A DNA stretch of 64,000 bases from Macrostomum lignano. Its lineage: Eukaryota. The stretch lies in NCBI GenBank assembly GCA_002269645.1, contig NIVC01000994.1, positions 1 through 64,000 of the forward strand, written 5' to 3'. The notes beneath the pieces were generated by a model. That model was given only the letters and a program-made list of their open reading frames with translations, was not told the DNA's origin and ran no database searches. Position numbers and translations under genes: made by a program. Positions 25,118 through 38,039 of this stretch are shown one piece after another; the first letter of the stretch is position 1; every line of letters begins with the position of its first letter.

Positions 25118-27410
25118 CTTACTACTACTTACTATCGACGGGGGGCAGAGCGCCGCGAATAGGCCGCGAGGCCCCTATCGCAACCCCAAGCTAAAAACAG
25201 AAAGGCGTTAGCCTTGGGGCTGCGCCCACCCCTCGTGGGCAGCAGAAGAGCTCGCGAGAGTGGCGTCTGCGATCTTCATCCGCCCAGAATCCCGAACGAA
25301 TGCGCGCAGGTCACGGATCCGGTCCGGAGTGGTGAGCTCGTCCAGCCTTAGCTGGTGATCGAGGTTACGTCTCCGCGCCTCGTTGAAGTGCGGGCAGAAA
25401 GTGACGTGGTGCGTCGAGGTTTCATCCTCTAAATCTGCCCAGAATGGGCAGATGGGGGGAGCAACCACTTTGCAGTGAAACATGTCTCTGGAAGAAGCCA
25501 TGGCCAGTGATGACCATGCATATCTCCATGAGGTCAGTTTTACTTGAGGAGATTAGATATTCGGATATTTTCCGGTTTATGACAGGCATTGCGATTCGCG
25601 TTTGCCGATATTCGGAGCAGCTGTTCCAGTAGACCTGGTGCTGGCGGTTCAGCCACTCCTGAATGGCGCGATTGACTGATGATTTCGGAGAAGGTAACTT
25701 GACTGGGCGTTGGGCTCCACCGGGGGTGCAACCCCGCTTGGCAAGTTGATCTACCAGCTCATTGCCGAGGATGTTGCTGTGGCCTGGTGTCCAGATTACA
25801 TTGATCCTGTTGAGAATCGCCAGGGTCTGCAAGCTTTGGAAGCAGTCTGAAACTGACTTGGTTGAGAGCTTGATGGAAGACAAGGCCTTAATAGCGGCCT
25901 GGCTGTCAGAGTAAAAATAAATGTCAAAGCTGCTGATACCAGCTTTGTACGAATGCTCCGCACACTGGTTGATGACTACAACTTCGGATTGAAAAACCGA
26001 GACATTCTCACCAAGATGAAGACTCTCTTGTAAGATCGCCTCACCATTGTGGAAAATGGCGATGCCCGCACCAGCGAGACCGTCACACAGGGATCCGTCA
26101 GTGAAGCAGTGAATACCCTGGCTTCTACGGTTGATGCCCACATCTAGCGGGTGGCTCACTCGCGGCGGAAGGGTACACTTGAAGCCCTTCCTGAGGATGA
26201 AAGTGGGGGGTTTGCAGTCCACCTCGTCTAAATTGAGCTGGATGTGTTGAAGGTCGCGACGGATATAGTCCAGATGTGGGATGAGAGTCTTCTCGGGCAT
26301 GAAGCCAGAGGGAGTGTTAGCAATAAATTTATCACAAATGAGACGCGTGGCATCCTTCATCGCCTCAGCTCTAATGAACAAATGCAGCGGAGGCATGCTG
26401 AGGATGGTGTTGAGCCCCTCGTAGGGGGTGGAAGGATACGCACCGGTGATGGCACGGCAGATGATACCCTGAAGCTGGTACAGCCGGTCTCGTACAGTCT
26501 TCAACTCCAACGCACTGGACCAGATAACACACGCGTAGGTAATACTGGGTCGAATGATGCCGGTGTAGATCCACCTGACCGTCTTGGGAGATAGCCCCCA
26601 GGTAGGCCCAATGGCTCTTCTCACCTGCGCGAAGCAGCGCCTGGCGCGCTCGATGATATTATCAGCGTGCTTGGTCCAACGCAGATCGTGAGTGAGCGTC
26701 ACACCTAGATATTTTGTTTCCTTGACTAGGGGGATGTCCTTACCATAGATGGTGAGGTTCCGCATGCTCCACTTCCGCTTCCTGGTGAAGATAATGGCCA
26801 CCGTCTTAGCGGTGCTAATGGTTAGGCCGTGCCGGGTAGCCCAGGCTTGCGCCTTATCGGCGAACTGCTGCATCAAGCTTCGAAGAGTGCTGGTGTCAGG
26901 GCCACTGACAATAGCAGCGACATCATCAGCGTAACCTGCCTTGACTATGCTGCTGGGGACGTCAGCCGTCAGGAGCTCGTCCATCACGAGATTCCAGAGC
27001 AGCGGGGTGAGCACCCCACCTTGGGCTCCGCCTTTAGTAACCGTATGAGTGCAAGTGGCATCCATGAGGGAGGAAGTCACCTTCCTGTTCCGAATCATAA
27101 AGTCGATCCATCGCACAATGCTGGGTCGGACCTTTCTCTGCAAAAGGGAGTCACTGAAGGAGCCAAATAAAACGTTATTGAAGGCCCCATCGATATCACA
27201 GAAAAGCCCACAGGCAATCTGCTTACTCAGGATAGCTTTCTCAATGGCAGAGGTGATAACATGCAAAGCGTGCTCGGTAGTTTTACCTGGTTGGAAGGCG
27301 AATTGGTGCTTACTTATGGGTGCCGTCCTCAACTCGAAGTCGCGCAGCCTCCACAAGATGAGTTTCTCCATCAGCTTGACACAGAAGGATGTTAGGCTGA
27401 TGGGGCGGAA
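25118..27410 (-). mobile_element. 5'-truncated non-LTR retrotransposon, LOA/R1 group (RT + RNase H + CCHC)
   Basis: [46 protein letters not shown] and GYADD mark the RT. FTDGS and SDSQAA mark RNase H. The C-terminal knuckle follows a 1-nt shift in a C6 run at ~25454-25459. TAG/TAAG tail at ~25118-25134. 13-bp TSD TAGATCATGGATA at 25105-25117 and 27411-27423. Confidence 0.92.
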
Positions 27411-28805
27411 TAGATCATGGATAGTCATAGATCATAGATCATAGATAGTTATAGATCATAGATCATGGATAGACATAGATCATAGATCATGGATAGTTAT
27501 AGATCATAGATCATGGATAGTTATAGATCATAGATCATGGATAGTTATAGATCATAGATCATGGATAGTTATAGATCATAGATCATGGATAGTTATAGAT
27601 CATAGATCATGGATAGTTATAGATCATAGATCATAGATAGTTATAGATCATAGATCATGGATAGTTATAGATCATAGATCATGGATAGTCATAGATCATA
27701 GATCATGGATAGTTATAGATCATAGATCATGGATAGTTATAGATCATAGATCATGGATAGTTATAGATCATAGATCATGGATAGTTATAGATCATAGATC
27801 ATAGATAGTTATAGATCATAGATCATGGATAGTCATAGATCATAGATCATGGATAGTCATAGATCATAGATCATGGATAGTTATAGATCATAGATCATAG
27901 ATAGTTATAGATCATAGATCATGGATAGTCATAGATCATAGATCATAGATAGATATAGATCATAGATCATAGATAGTTATAGATCATAAATCATAGATCA
28001 TAGATAGTTATTGATCATAGATCATAGATAGTCATAGATCATAGATCATAGATAGTCATAGATCATAGATCATAGATAGTTATAGATCATAGATCATGGA
28101 TAGTCATAGATCATAGATCATGGATAGATATAGATCATAGATCATAGATAGTTATAGATCATAGATCATAGATAGTTATAGATCATAGATCATGGATAGT
28201 TATAGATCATAGATCATAGATAGTTATAGATCATAGATCATAGATAGTCATAGATCATAGATCATAGATAGTCATAGATCATAGATCATAGATAGTTATA
28301 GATCATAGATCATGGATAGTCATAGATCATAGATCATAGATAGTTATAGATCATAAATCATAGATCATAGATAGTTATTGATCATAGATCATAGATAGTC
28401 ATAGATCATAGATCATAGATAGTCATAGATCATAGATCATAGATAGTTATAGATCATAGATCATGGATAGTCATAGATCATAGATCATAGATAGTTATAG
28501 ATCATAGATCATAGATCATAGATAGTTATTGATCATAGATCATGGATAGTCATAGATCATAGATCATAGATAGTTATAGATCATAGATCATAGATCATAG
28601 ATAGTTATTGATCATAGATCATGGATAGTCATAGATCATAGATCATAGATAGTTATAGATCATAGATCATAGATAGTTATAGATCATAGATCATAGATCA
28701 TAGATAGTTATAGATCATAGATAGTTATAGATCATAGATTATGGATAGTTATAGATCATAGATCATAGATAGTCATAGATCATATAGATCATAGATAGTC
28801 ATAGA
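27411..28805. repeat. GATCATA-based satellite, right part (24-bp GATCATAGATCATGGATAGTTATA and variants)
   Basis: Direct reading. Confidence 0.96.
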
Positions 28806-29315
28806 TCTTAGTCTTAGTCATAGCCTTAGATCTTAGTCAGGCTCAAAACAATCTTGCTCTCATTTTTGTCAGACCCTGGTAAAAGCGAGTGCGAGTGGCT
28901 TTGCGGGTCCGAAATTGGTCAAATATATTGTAGAATGGGTATGAACCAACTGTACATTGATTCTACTCATAATATTGATTCGCTTTAGCCTAACGTATTC
29001 CGCATGATTTGAATATTTAATGTTTGATGCTTAATACCCACATGGATTTACAAATTTGGATGTGCGAGAATTATTTACGGAATAATAGTATGATCATAAA
29101 TTTTATTTAATGTGATAATAAAATTTTATCCCAGCAGCATCACTGCCGTTGCCTGCCGAATCAGTTTTTTTAAATCTGGTCATGAAGGAAACTTTTGAGA
29201 GACTCTTAAAACTGCAGCTATCAGACACGAACCCGTTGAAACAATAAAATTAGTACTATTATGCGAAAATGCTGGTTTAATAATCAGAATTGATGGCTAA
29301 AATGCCAAACTCTTG

Positions 29316-29621
29316 GAGAGAGAAGAGGAGAGAGGAGAGGAGAGGAGAGGAGAGGAGAGGAGAGGAGAGGAGAGGAGAGGAGAGGAGAGGAGAGGAGAGG
29401 AGAGGAGAGGAGAGGAGAGGAGAGGAGAGGAGAGGAGAGGAGAGGAGAGGAGAGGAGAGGAGAGGAGAGGAGAGGAGAGGAGAGGAGAGGAGAGGAGAGG
29501 AGAGGAGAGGAGAGGAGAGGAGAGGAGAGGAGAGGAGAGGAGAGGAGAGGAGAGGAGAGGAGAGGAGAGGAGAGGAGAGGAGAGGAGAGGAGAGGAGAGG
29601 AGAGGAGAGGAGAGGAGAGAG
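29316..29621. repeat. (AGGAG)n pentamer microsatellite
   Basis: Direct reading. Confidence 0.97.
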
Positions 29622-30109
29622 GCAGTCATTCATAGGCAGTCAAATGGCTCGCAAGCAATTTTCGCGCTTACACATGGTACTAAAAAGATTACTGGCTACA
29701 ATACTCGTAGAACTTGCCTAATATGGTTGCCTGATGAACACAATAAAATTAGTCGAATTTGGCAGAAATTTTGACGGTTTTCCTCAGAACAGTTAATTAG
29801 TCTGACGCTCAGAACTCCAAATATGGCTTAATCTGACATTTCCTCTCAAGTAAAAAGTTAAGACAGCCTAATGATGAAACTGCTTCTGTTAAAAAAACCT
29901 TCACCTAAAAGTTTGAGAGCTATAATAATAAAGTAAAAGAAAGAACTGGAAAAATGCATCAACAACCTAGCTTTGAGTTTTTTTAGCACATCAATAGGCC
30001 AACTCTCAACTTCTAAGCTTCCAAGTTGTAAACGAAGTAGCAAATTTATGGAGCCATACTCTTGGAAATGTCGCCGACAAGACGCAGAAATCATTCGACA
30101 TGGATTCAC

Positions 30110-30610
30110 CACTCGGATCAACCAGTGGGTGGCTTCTTAGCACAGGGAGAGGTGGGCTAACGCTACCGACTGCCGGCAATCCCGCGCGGCTGTCCCCTGT
30201 CCTTCCTCCGCCCTGCGCAGGGCCCTGCTTGGACTCAACCGCAGGGACATCAGGGCGGTGACCATGGCCCTCTCGGGCCATGGCTGTTTTGCCAGGCATC
30301 GTCACCTCCAGGGAAAAATCCGCAGTGAGGAATGCCCATTCTGCCTCTCCGGTGTCGAGAATTCGGAGCACTTCATCTGTGACTGCCCCGCCTTTACTCA
30401 GGACAGACTCAAGGGCTTACTTAAGGGCTACCGGGCGAGCGACCATCCAGACACCGGCACCACCGGAACTCCCTGCGCGACACCGCAGCACCAGCTGCCC
30501 GTGGTCGCCAGGGGTTAGCGAAATGGGCGGCAACGCCTCCTCGCTTCATCCGGATGCACGGAGCCCCCCTGCAGCTGACTCAAGTACGTTCGACATGGAT
30601 AATCATACTT
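30110..30610 (+). mobile_element. 3' fragment of a second LOA/R1-like LINE (C-terminal CCHC region)
   Basis: [37 protein letters not shown] parallels the GHG-F-RH..CPF..E..H..CP terminus of the element at 25118-27410. It has an in-frame stop upstream. Boundaries are approximate. Confidence 0.75.
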
Positions 30611-30809
30611 GATTCCTTGACTACGCTCATATTTCGGCATTACTTACTTCTTACTCCCGGCACAAAATCCCCCAAGGCCAGAGAGATCAGCCAATTTGAA
30701 AGATCCTGTTTGAAGGAAATACAGGCAGGCACCGCCTCCTGTCAAGTCGTATTCCGATTGATTCTTCCTTGAAAGCGTCAAAAGAGCGTCTCGGTCGGCC
30801 AGGCCGTCA

Positions 30810-30839
30810 CGCGAGAGAGAGAGAGAGAAAGAGAGAGAT

Positions 30840-30882
<43 letters not shown>
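30810..30882. repeat. (GA)n microsatellite upstream of the GPCR
   Basis: Direct reading. Confidence 0.9.
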
Positions 30883-30886
<4 letters not shown>

Positions 30887-31171
30887 CGCCACGCCATCCG
30901 GGAAGTGCAGTAAAAACAGGGCCATTCCAATAGGAAGGGAAGCGAGTTGACGTCACTCTCCACTAGGGAATTGGCAGACACCAGCAGTGGCGCAGGCAAG
31001 CAAGCTCTGCACTGATTGGCTGACGGTCAGGTCTCAGTTTTAGGACTTGGCAGTAAAAAGACAGGCCCTCCCTATAGCAGGGGTGCCGCTCTCACTTCAA
31101 AACGCTGCGTAGATTTGCAGTTTGCAAAGCTGCGCCGCTATAGTGAAACCTTTATTTATTTAGCCAGGAAA

Positions 31172-32539
31172 ATGTTCGAAGGCACTTTCCTGTACAGGCG
31201 CTATCCGCTAAACAGCAGCGTATGCGACGCCATCAAATGGAAGCTTAACCTGAGCCAGCGATACATGGACAGCTCGTGCAATCAGAAGGACATCCGCATG
31301 TCGAGCATCTTCCTGCCCGTCAGTCTGCTCGGCCTGAGCCTCAGTCTGTTCAGCGCCGTAGTGCTCATCCGACAGCGTCAGAGAACGTCCTTCCGCACGA
31401 GCCTCATCGCCCTGTCCGCCACCATCAGCTGCTACATGCTCTTCTCCTCTCTGGACTTCATCAACGTCCTGTCCGGGGCCTGTCTCTACTGGCGGGAGCC
31501 GCGCCGACACGCCCAGGTGTTCCTGGGAGCCGCAATCTGCCTGCTGGTCGACACCATGATCTGCGTGCGCAACTGGTGCAATGTGTTCATGACGGCGCAG
31601 CGCACCGAGGCGTTGCTGTTTCCTTTGCGCGTGAAGAAACTGCTCAATAAGAGAAACTTCATCATCTGCCTGCTCACGATGCTGTTCATCTCTCTTCCTC
31701 TGGCCTTGATCCGTTCAATGGCCGAGGTCTTTGTTGTGTGCGCGGACGATGACTCGGGCGAGGTGTACGGCATTGTCGGCTATCCGCTGTCGGACGAGGA
31801 GAGCAGCTCCAGCCCGCACCTGTACAGTAGGAAGCGTCATTTCCATTTTCTACTCAACGAAGAGAGCTGGTTCAATCACTACGAGTACTATGGCTTTTTC
31901 TCTGTCCAAACCGTCGCCCCCGTGCTGCTGGTGACGACTTTCTCGCTCATCATGTCTGTTGCCATGCTGCGCCGCTGCAGCAGCTCTGGCGGCGGCGGCA
32001 GCGGTGGCGGTGGGGCTGGAACGAACGCGCAGCTGTCAGCAACCGCCAGCGCCATTGCCAACAACCGACAGAGCAAGCGCAACAAAGTCCGCGCCAGCCG
32101 CACAGTCCTCTGCCTGGCCGCCATCTTCACCGCCCTGCAGATGCCAACGTTCCTGTTCGCTCTCATGCTGACCAGCTCCTCCCTGCCCGAGGAGTCCACG
32201 GCCGGCAAGATCTTCCAGTTTGTGGCCGAGCTCTGTCTGCTCCTGGACTCGATCCTCAACATCTTCGTCTACGCCTACTATGTGCCAGACTTTCGCTTAT
32301 GCTGCGCGCGCATCTGCGGTCGTCTAGCTGGCCGCCGTGACGGCGGCGGTGGCGGCGGCGGCGGCGGCGGCGTCGGTGGCAGTGGAGTCGGCGCTGAGCG
32401 CGGCGGACGCTGTACTGGTGGCCGAGGCCGAGGCCGCTCCAGCGGGACAGCCGCGGCGGCGACGCTGGTGGTGCTGGAGGTCAGACAGCCGCTGCAGTCC
32501 TGCCGCTCAGCTGAAGACGACGCGGAAGAGGAGGACTGA
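31172..32539 (+). CDS. Intronless rhodopsin-class (class A) GPCR, peptide-receptor-like, 455 aa
   Basis: Seven hydrophobic segments. TM3 end FMTAQRTEALLFPL, TM5 VQTVAPVLL, TM6 ASRTVLCLAAIFTALQMP, TM7 LDSILNIFVY..PDFR. ATG 31172 follows a possible 5'UTR acceptor (TTAGCCAG 31168). Confidence 0.85.
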   Translation: MFEGTFLYRRYPLNSSVCDAIKWKLNLSQRYMDSSCNQKDIRMSSIFLPVSLLGLSLSLFSAVVLIRQRQRTSFRTSLIALSATISCYMLFSSLDFINVLSGACLYWREPRRHAQVFLGAAICLLVDTMICVRNWCNVFMTAQRTEALLFPLRVKKLLNKRNFIICLLTMLFISLPLALIRSMAEVFVVCADDDSGEVYGIVGYPLSDEESSSSPHLYSRKRHFHFLLNEESWFNHYEYYGFFSVQTVAPVLLVTTFSLIMSVAMLRRCSSSGGGGSGGGGAGTNAQLSATASAIANNRQSKRNKVRASRTVLCLAAIFTALQMPTFLFALMLTSSSLPEESTAGKIFQFVAELCLLLDSILNIFVYAYYVPDFRLCCARICGRLAGRRDGGGGGGGGGGVGGSGVGAERGGRCTGGRGRGRSSGTAAAATLVVLEVRQPLQSCRSAEDDAEEED

Positions 32540-35311
32540 AGCCGATGCGCTCTGATCGGGCCGGATTTTCTGTAGCCTATAAATAACTCGCCTGGAAACT
32601 ACTGGCTCTCATTGTGACATCAATCTATCTTTTTTCGTTCTCATAATTTTCTCATCTATTTTTGGTTTCGGTTCTGCAGGCCTTGCTTCATTTCCCCTTA
32701 AATCCGCTTTGAATTGCGTTGACGTCACACGCGAACAGGTGAGGCACAACGAACAGCTTCCAGCCACGGTCTCCACATGCAAACGAATAATTTTACATTT
32801 TCTTTGCTTTCCCATGTCTCAACCGCCAAGCGTTAAGCTCCAGCTAAAAAAAGAGAGTTGGAACTCCCACGTCAGATGTTGATGATTTATAACCACTTTA
32901 TGTCACAAATATACGCTCGTTGTTTTACCGTAACCTGCATGCCCGTTAATCATATTGAAGTCGAGTATCATTTAGATTACAAAAACATGCAAACTCGTTC
33001 TTTAGAATCGGCCGCGCAAAACAACGACTCTTATTAAAAGAAAAGTGTTCGTCACGAATTAAAAACAATTTTTATTTGGCCTGGGCTTGCCGTGCACCCT
33101 GTGTGAGCAACTTGAAGGCTTGAAGAAATTGGCAAGTCAAAAATGTAGCACATGCTTCAGACGTTTGACGGCAATACATTGTTTGAGCTGGAAGATGTCG
33201 CATCCCAGCTGCCGCAATCCATGCGCTTTTGAAAATTCCGACAGTAAGTGTTCTCGAACCACAAATCTCGAACATATTGAGCTTAATTACTTGGCCTAAG
33301 CGATCTGCCGAGCTCAGTTGCGTTCCGCGATGCAATTCTCTGGAGGCTGCATGGCCTTACTAATTCACAATCAAAGTAGCAGAACAGCCAGTTTTAATTG
33401 CGTCGTTATGCCAGTTCTTTTTGTTTCTGGGGCATTATGCTTACAACCCAAGATTACTTTTGGCCAAAAATTCCCTAAGCGCCGTTTTGTCGATGCGCAG
33501 CTTCCCAAAATCATTAACCGCAGTCTGTACGCCCCTCAACCTGATGAGGAACAAAGATTTCACAACTGGGTCCAGCCAGAAGCGGTGTTTAGCAGTGGAG
33601 AGTGCAAAACCACCGCCATCATCCGCTATCAAAGCTTCGTTGCCGTTGTTGATGTTGGGGAGACCTTTTGTAAGAGCGACTGTGGGTACGTGGGCGCAAA
33701 GTTTACACGATTGCTGCCTTCAGCAGGACACCAGCAAACGATAATAAGATCAACAACCACATTGAATGCTCTCCGAGTTCTGATGAGAATTCTGAGCTCG
33801 GCAGCCCCAGGACAGTGATCTGCAATTATGGCTGAACATGGCATCGAGGACGCTACACTGCCAGTGTGTGGCATGGCAACGCTTGATAGCTGATAATAGG
33901 TGATTAGTCCCATAGTTGGATCCGATACAAGTAAAGAGGCCGACTCAATCTGCCACCGCTTCCATTTGAGAACCTTAATTTCTAATGAAATCCCCGTATA
34001 TCCACATACATGTATATCCCCTCGGCAGTATGGTCAACGAAGGCTTTTCTTTTCTCTTTCAGATCAGAATAACAAATTTTCAGCATTGGCTCTGCTCTTT
34101 GACTTGCCGCTTCCAAAATGCGTAGAAAGCATTCAAAGCCACAGTTTTCGGTGACGCACTGCACACTGATCATTCAGTCATGTCATACGCACGTGACTTT
34201 CCCCAGCCAACAGTAAGGAAAGTATCTGAGCAAGTTGATTCAGACTTTAATGCCTCATAACGCTCCCAGCGCACGAGGCAGTGTTGATACAAGCTGTTAC
34301 AGGCGAGTCAAACGTGGAACAAGAAGACGCGCTTTGAGAGTTCGCGACAACCCCGTCTCGCTCGGCTGGCAAAGAGACTGGGGATGGGGAAACGCAGCCA
34401 AAAGTGGATACAAATTTGAGGCGACGCGTACGAGCAGAAGCACAGCCTCGCTTCCTCATCCCCGCAAGCAGCTTTTCTTTGCCTCAGAAAACGCAGAATT
34501 CAATCTTGGCTCGGATGCGCACAGGCAAGAGACTGCAACGAAGGCGGACACTACAAAGTAACTGGAAACTGGGGATCTGGTTTTGGAATTAGTCGAAAAG
34601 ATCCATCCCCGAAATATGCTCCGGGCAAGCATTGAAAGATGGACAGACCGGAAAGCAATCAATCTTCTGTGGCGTTTGCTGGCACCGACCAATGAATAGT
34701 AAGGCACAAATGCATGGCCACTGGATTAACAATTTTTTTTTGGGGGGGGCGGCCTTATGCTGCAAAAAGTCAAGCCTGCAGTCTGCCCAGAAAAAATTCT
34801 TGTTTCATAGCGCAGATCGACAGACTTCAAAATTAATAATTGTTTTTAATTGCCGGCTCTCTTTGTAATTACGAGCGTAAAAGAAGATAATTTTGTTGCA
34901 GGCGGGGAGCAGATGCAATATTTTGACAATGTTGCTGCATCAAATGAGCCCCTCTTCCCCTGTCCAGCAGGCTTCATCATCTGCCACCCACCCTGCAGAC
35001 TCCGAAGGCTGCGCAGAACTCGATGCGCAGCGATGAGAGGAAAGAGGCGGATTGCTGGGAGCTTCCAAATCTTCGTGTTTTTCTGCCATCCGACGACAGC
35101 CGCAAAAAACCGCGCTGGTCAAAGCCGGCCTGCTTTTTAGGGGGAGGTGGCTGATCCTTCAAATCTCCTGGGCGAGCTGGGCGAGGCCCGCACAAATTGG
35201 ATCAGAATTACGCGTAGCGGACAGTTTTTAATTCGTTTTCATGCGCTTTAGCCGGCAGCACGAGTGGCCTCTGCAGCAAATTTTATAAACTGGCGGTGCG
35301 GCCTGTCAGAT

Positions 35312-35862
<551 letters not shown>

Positions 35863-36459
35863 ACAAACTTACTTTTTTACTACAACGTTGGAGGTGTCCC
35901 TACAGGATCCCCCTTATCAACCGAGAAAGTGTGTCCAAGTCAAACCCGCAGCTGCCCGGTGGAATGTCAATGGCCGGCAGCAAATATTCGCATAGCCTCA
36001 GGTAGCAGGCAGTTCATGTCTGTTCAACTGCACCCTTGAAACGAGGCAGTCCATGTCTTCCAATGCAAATGAAGTAAATAGGCAGCGGCGAGGCACTGCA
36101 GCATGCAGCTTTGGCCTGGAGATTAAGAGCCAATTGGGAGGCTAAACTGAAAGAAACGAGGCGGCCTGGCAGGCGCCCAGTTGTCGGAGAAATCTAGCTA
36201 TAAATTTTCAGCCCACACTCGTGCTTGAAAAGATTGCTAATACCGATTAGTGATCGATTGATTCCTTGGCACATCCGGGACACCCCGACGGAGCTCAAGG
36301 GAGCCAGCGGTTGTTAATTTGGGCACAAGCCGGATGAGAAAAGCGAAGTCCAAGGATACATTATGGACTTTCGGATCTGGATTGAAACCAACTGAGGCAA
36401 ATGAGTAGTTTCACAATCCCCAGACTTAATTTATCCCCGATTTACATTTTCACCACTTT

Positions 36460-37355
36460 TAAACCTTCAAGCTTCACAATCCCCAAGCTTCACAATCCCC
36501 AAGCTTCACAACCCCCAAGCTTTATAATCCCCAAGCTTTACAATCCCGAAACTTCACAATCCCCAAGCTTGACAATCCCGAAATTCACAATCCCGAAGCT
36601 TCACAATCCCAGGCTTCCCAATCCCCAAGATTCACAATCCCCAAGCTTCACAATCACCAAGCTTCACAATCACCAAGCTTCACAATCCCCAAGCTTCACA
36701 ATCCCCAAGCTTCACAATCCCAAAGATTGACAATCCCCAAGCTTCACAATCCCCAAGCTTCACAATCCCGAAATTCACAATCCCGAAACTTCACAATCCC
36801 CAAGCTTCACAATCCCCAAGCTTCACAATCACCAAGCCTCACAATCCCCAAGCTTCACAATTCCCAAGCTTCACAATCCCGAAATTCACAATCCCGAAAC
36901 TTCACAATCCCCAAGCTTCACAATCCCAAAGATTGACAATCCCCAAGCTTCACAATCCCCAAGCTTCACAATCCCCAAGCTTCACAATCCCAAAGATTGA
37001 CAATCCGCAAGCTTCACAATCCCCAAGCTTCACAATCCTGAAGCTTCACAATCCCCAAGCTTCACAATCCTGAAGCTTCACAATCCCCAAGCTTCACAAT
37101 CCCCAAGCTTCACAATCCCCAAGCTTCACAATCCCCAAGCTTCACAATCCCCAAGCTTCACAATCCCCAAGCTTCACAATCCCCAAGCTTCACAATCCCC
37201 AAGCTTCACAATCCCCAAGCTTCACAATCCCCAAGCTTCACAATCCCCAAGCTTCACAATCCCCAAGCTTCACAATCCCCAAGCTTCACAATCCCCAAGC
37301 TTCACAATCCCCAAGCTTCACAATCCCCAAGCTACACAATCCCCAAGCTTCACAA
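36460..37355. repeat. 16-bp array (AAGCTTCACAATCCCC)n
   Basis: Direct reading. Degenerate at the left end, homogeneous at the right. Confidence 0.95.
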
Positions 37356-38039
37356 ACTCCAAGTTTTCCGATCATATAATAGTCACAACCTTCAAATAAA
37401 TTTTAAGCAGGTTTTACTAGATTTAACAAGGATTTTTGGTAATCAGTTTGGACACATTTCTGCAGAGGAAAATGCACTGAATTATTACCTATTGAAGGAA
37501 TTGGAAAAGGACGCTTTAAGCAAGATACCTGGAACAGAAACCTGGCTACATCTATAAAAATTTTTGCAACCTCGAGGCCAGTAAAACTACATTTGCCCGC
37601 AGCAGGACTGCAGGAAACTGTGCAATGTAAAAAAGTTTTCTACGTCCACGAAAAGCAGATGAGAAAACATTTTGTCCAGTTAATTTCAGAAAAGTTAAGC
37701 AACTTTTGAAAAAAACGGGAAGGAAATGGAAAGGAAACCTGGATGTGAAAGCCAAAAGAAAAACCTGCTTTATGACGTAAAATAATACTTCAAAAGTGGG
37801 TTGCTTTGGAAAGGAGTGCGGGCTTATTGAAGCGAAGTGCTTCGGTTTTGAAGCTGCAAGCAGCAAGATAGGATTTCCAGCCGAGTGAGCCGCGTAATCT
37901 GGGAATTCCTGCCTGCCACACAGGGTGTTTTGGATTTTTGTTGAAAACTGAAACTGCCGGGTGAGGCTGCTTGAGTAGCAGTGGATGAGATGACTTATCT
38001 GTTTGCTTATCTGTTTCTACATGACTATAATGGCTCCTT

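Noticed and set aside
33050-34220. Overlapping medium ORFs and isolated + strand splice signals (donors 33244 and 34212, acceptor 34062)
   Set aside because: No recognisable domain, the putative exon 34063-34211 has stops in all three frames, and I could not build a consistent model.
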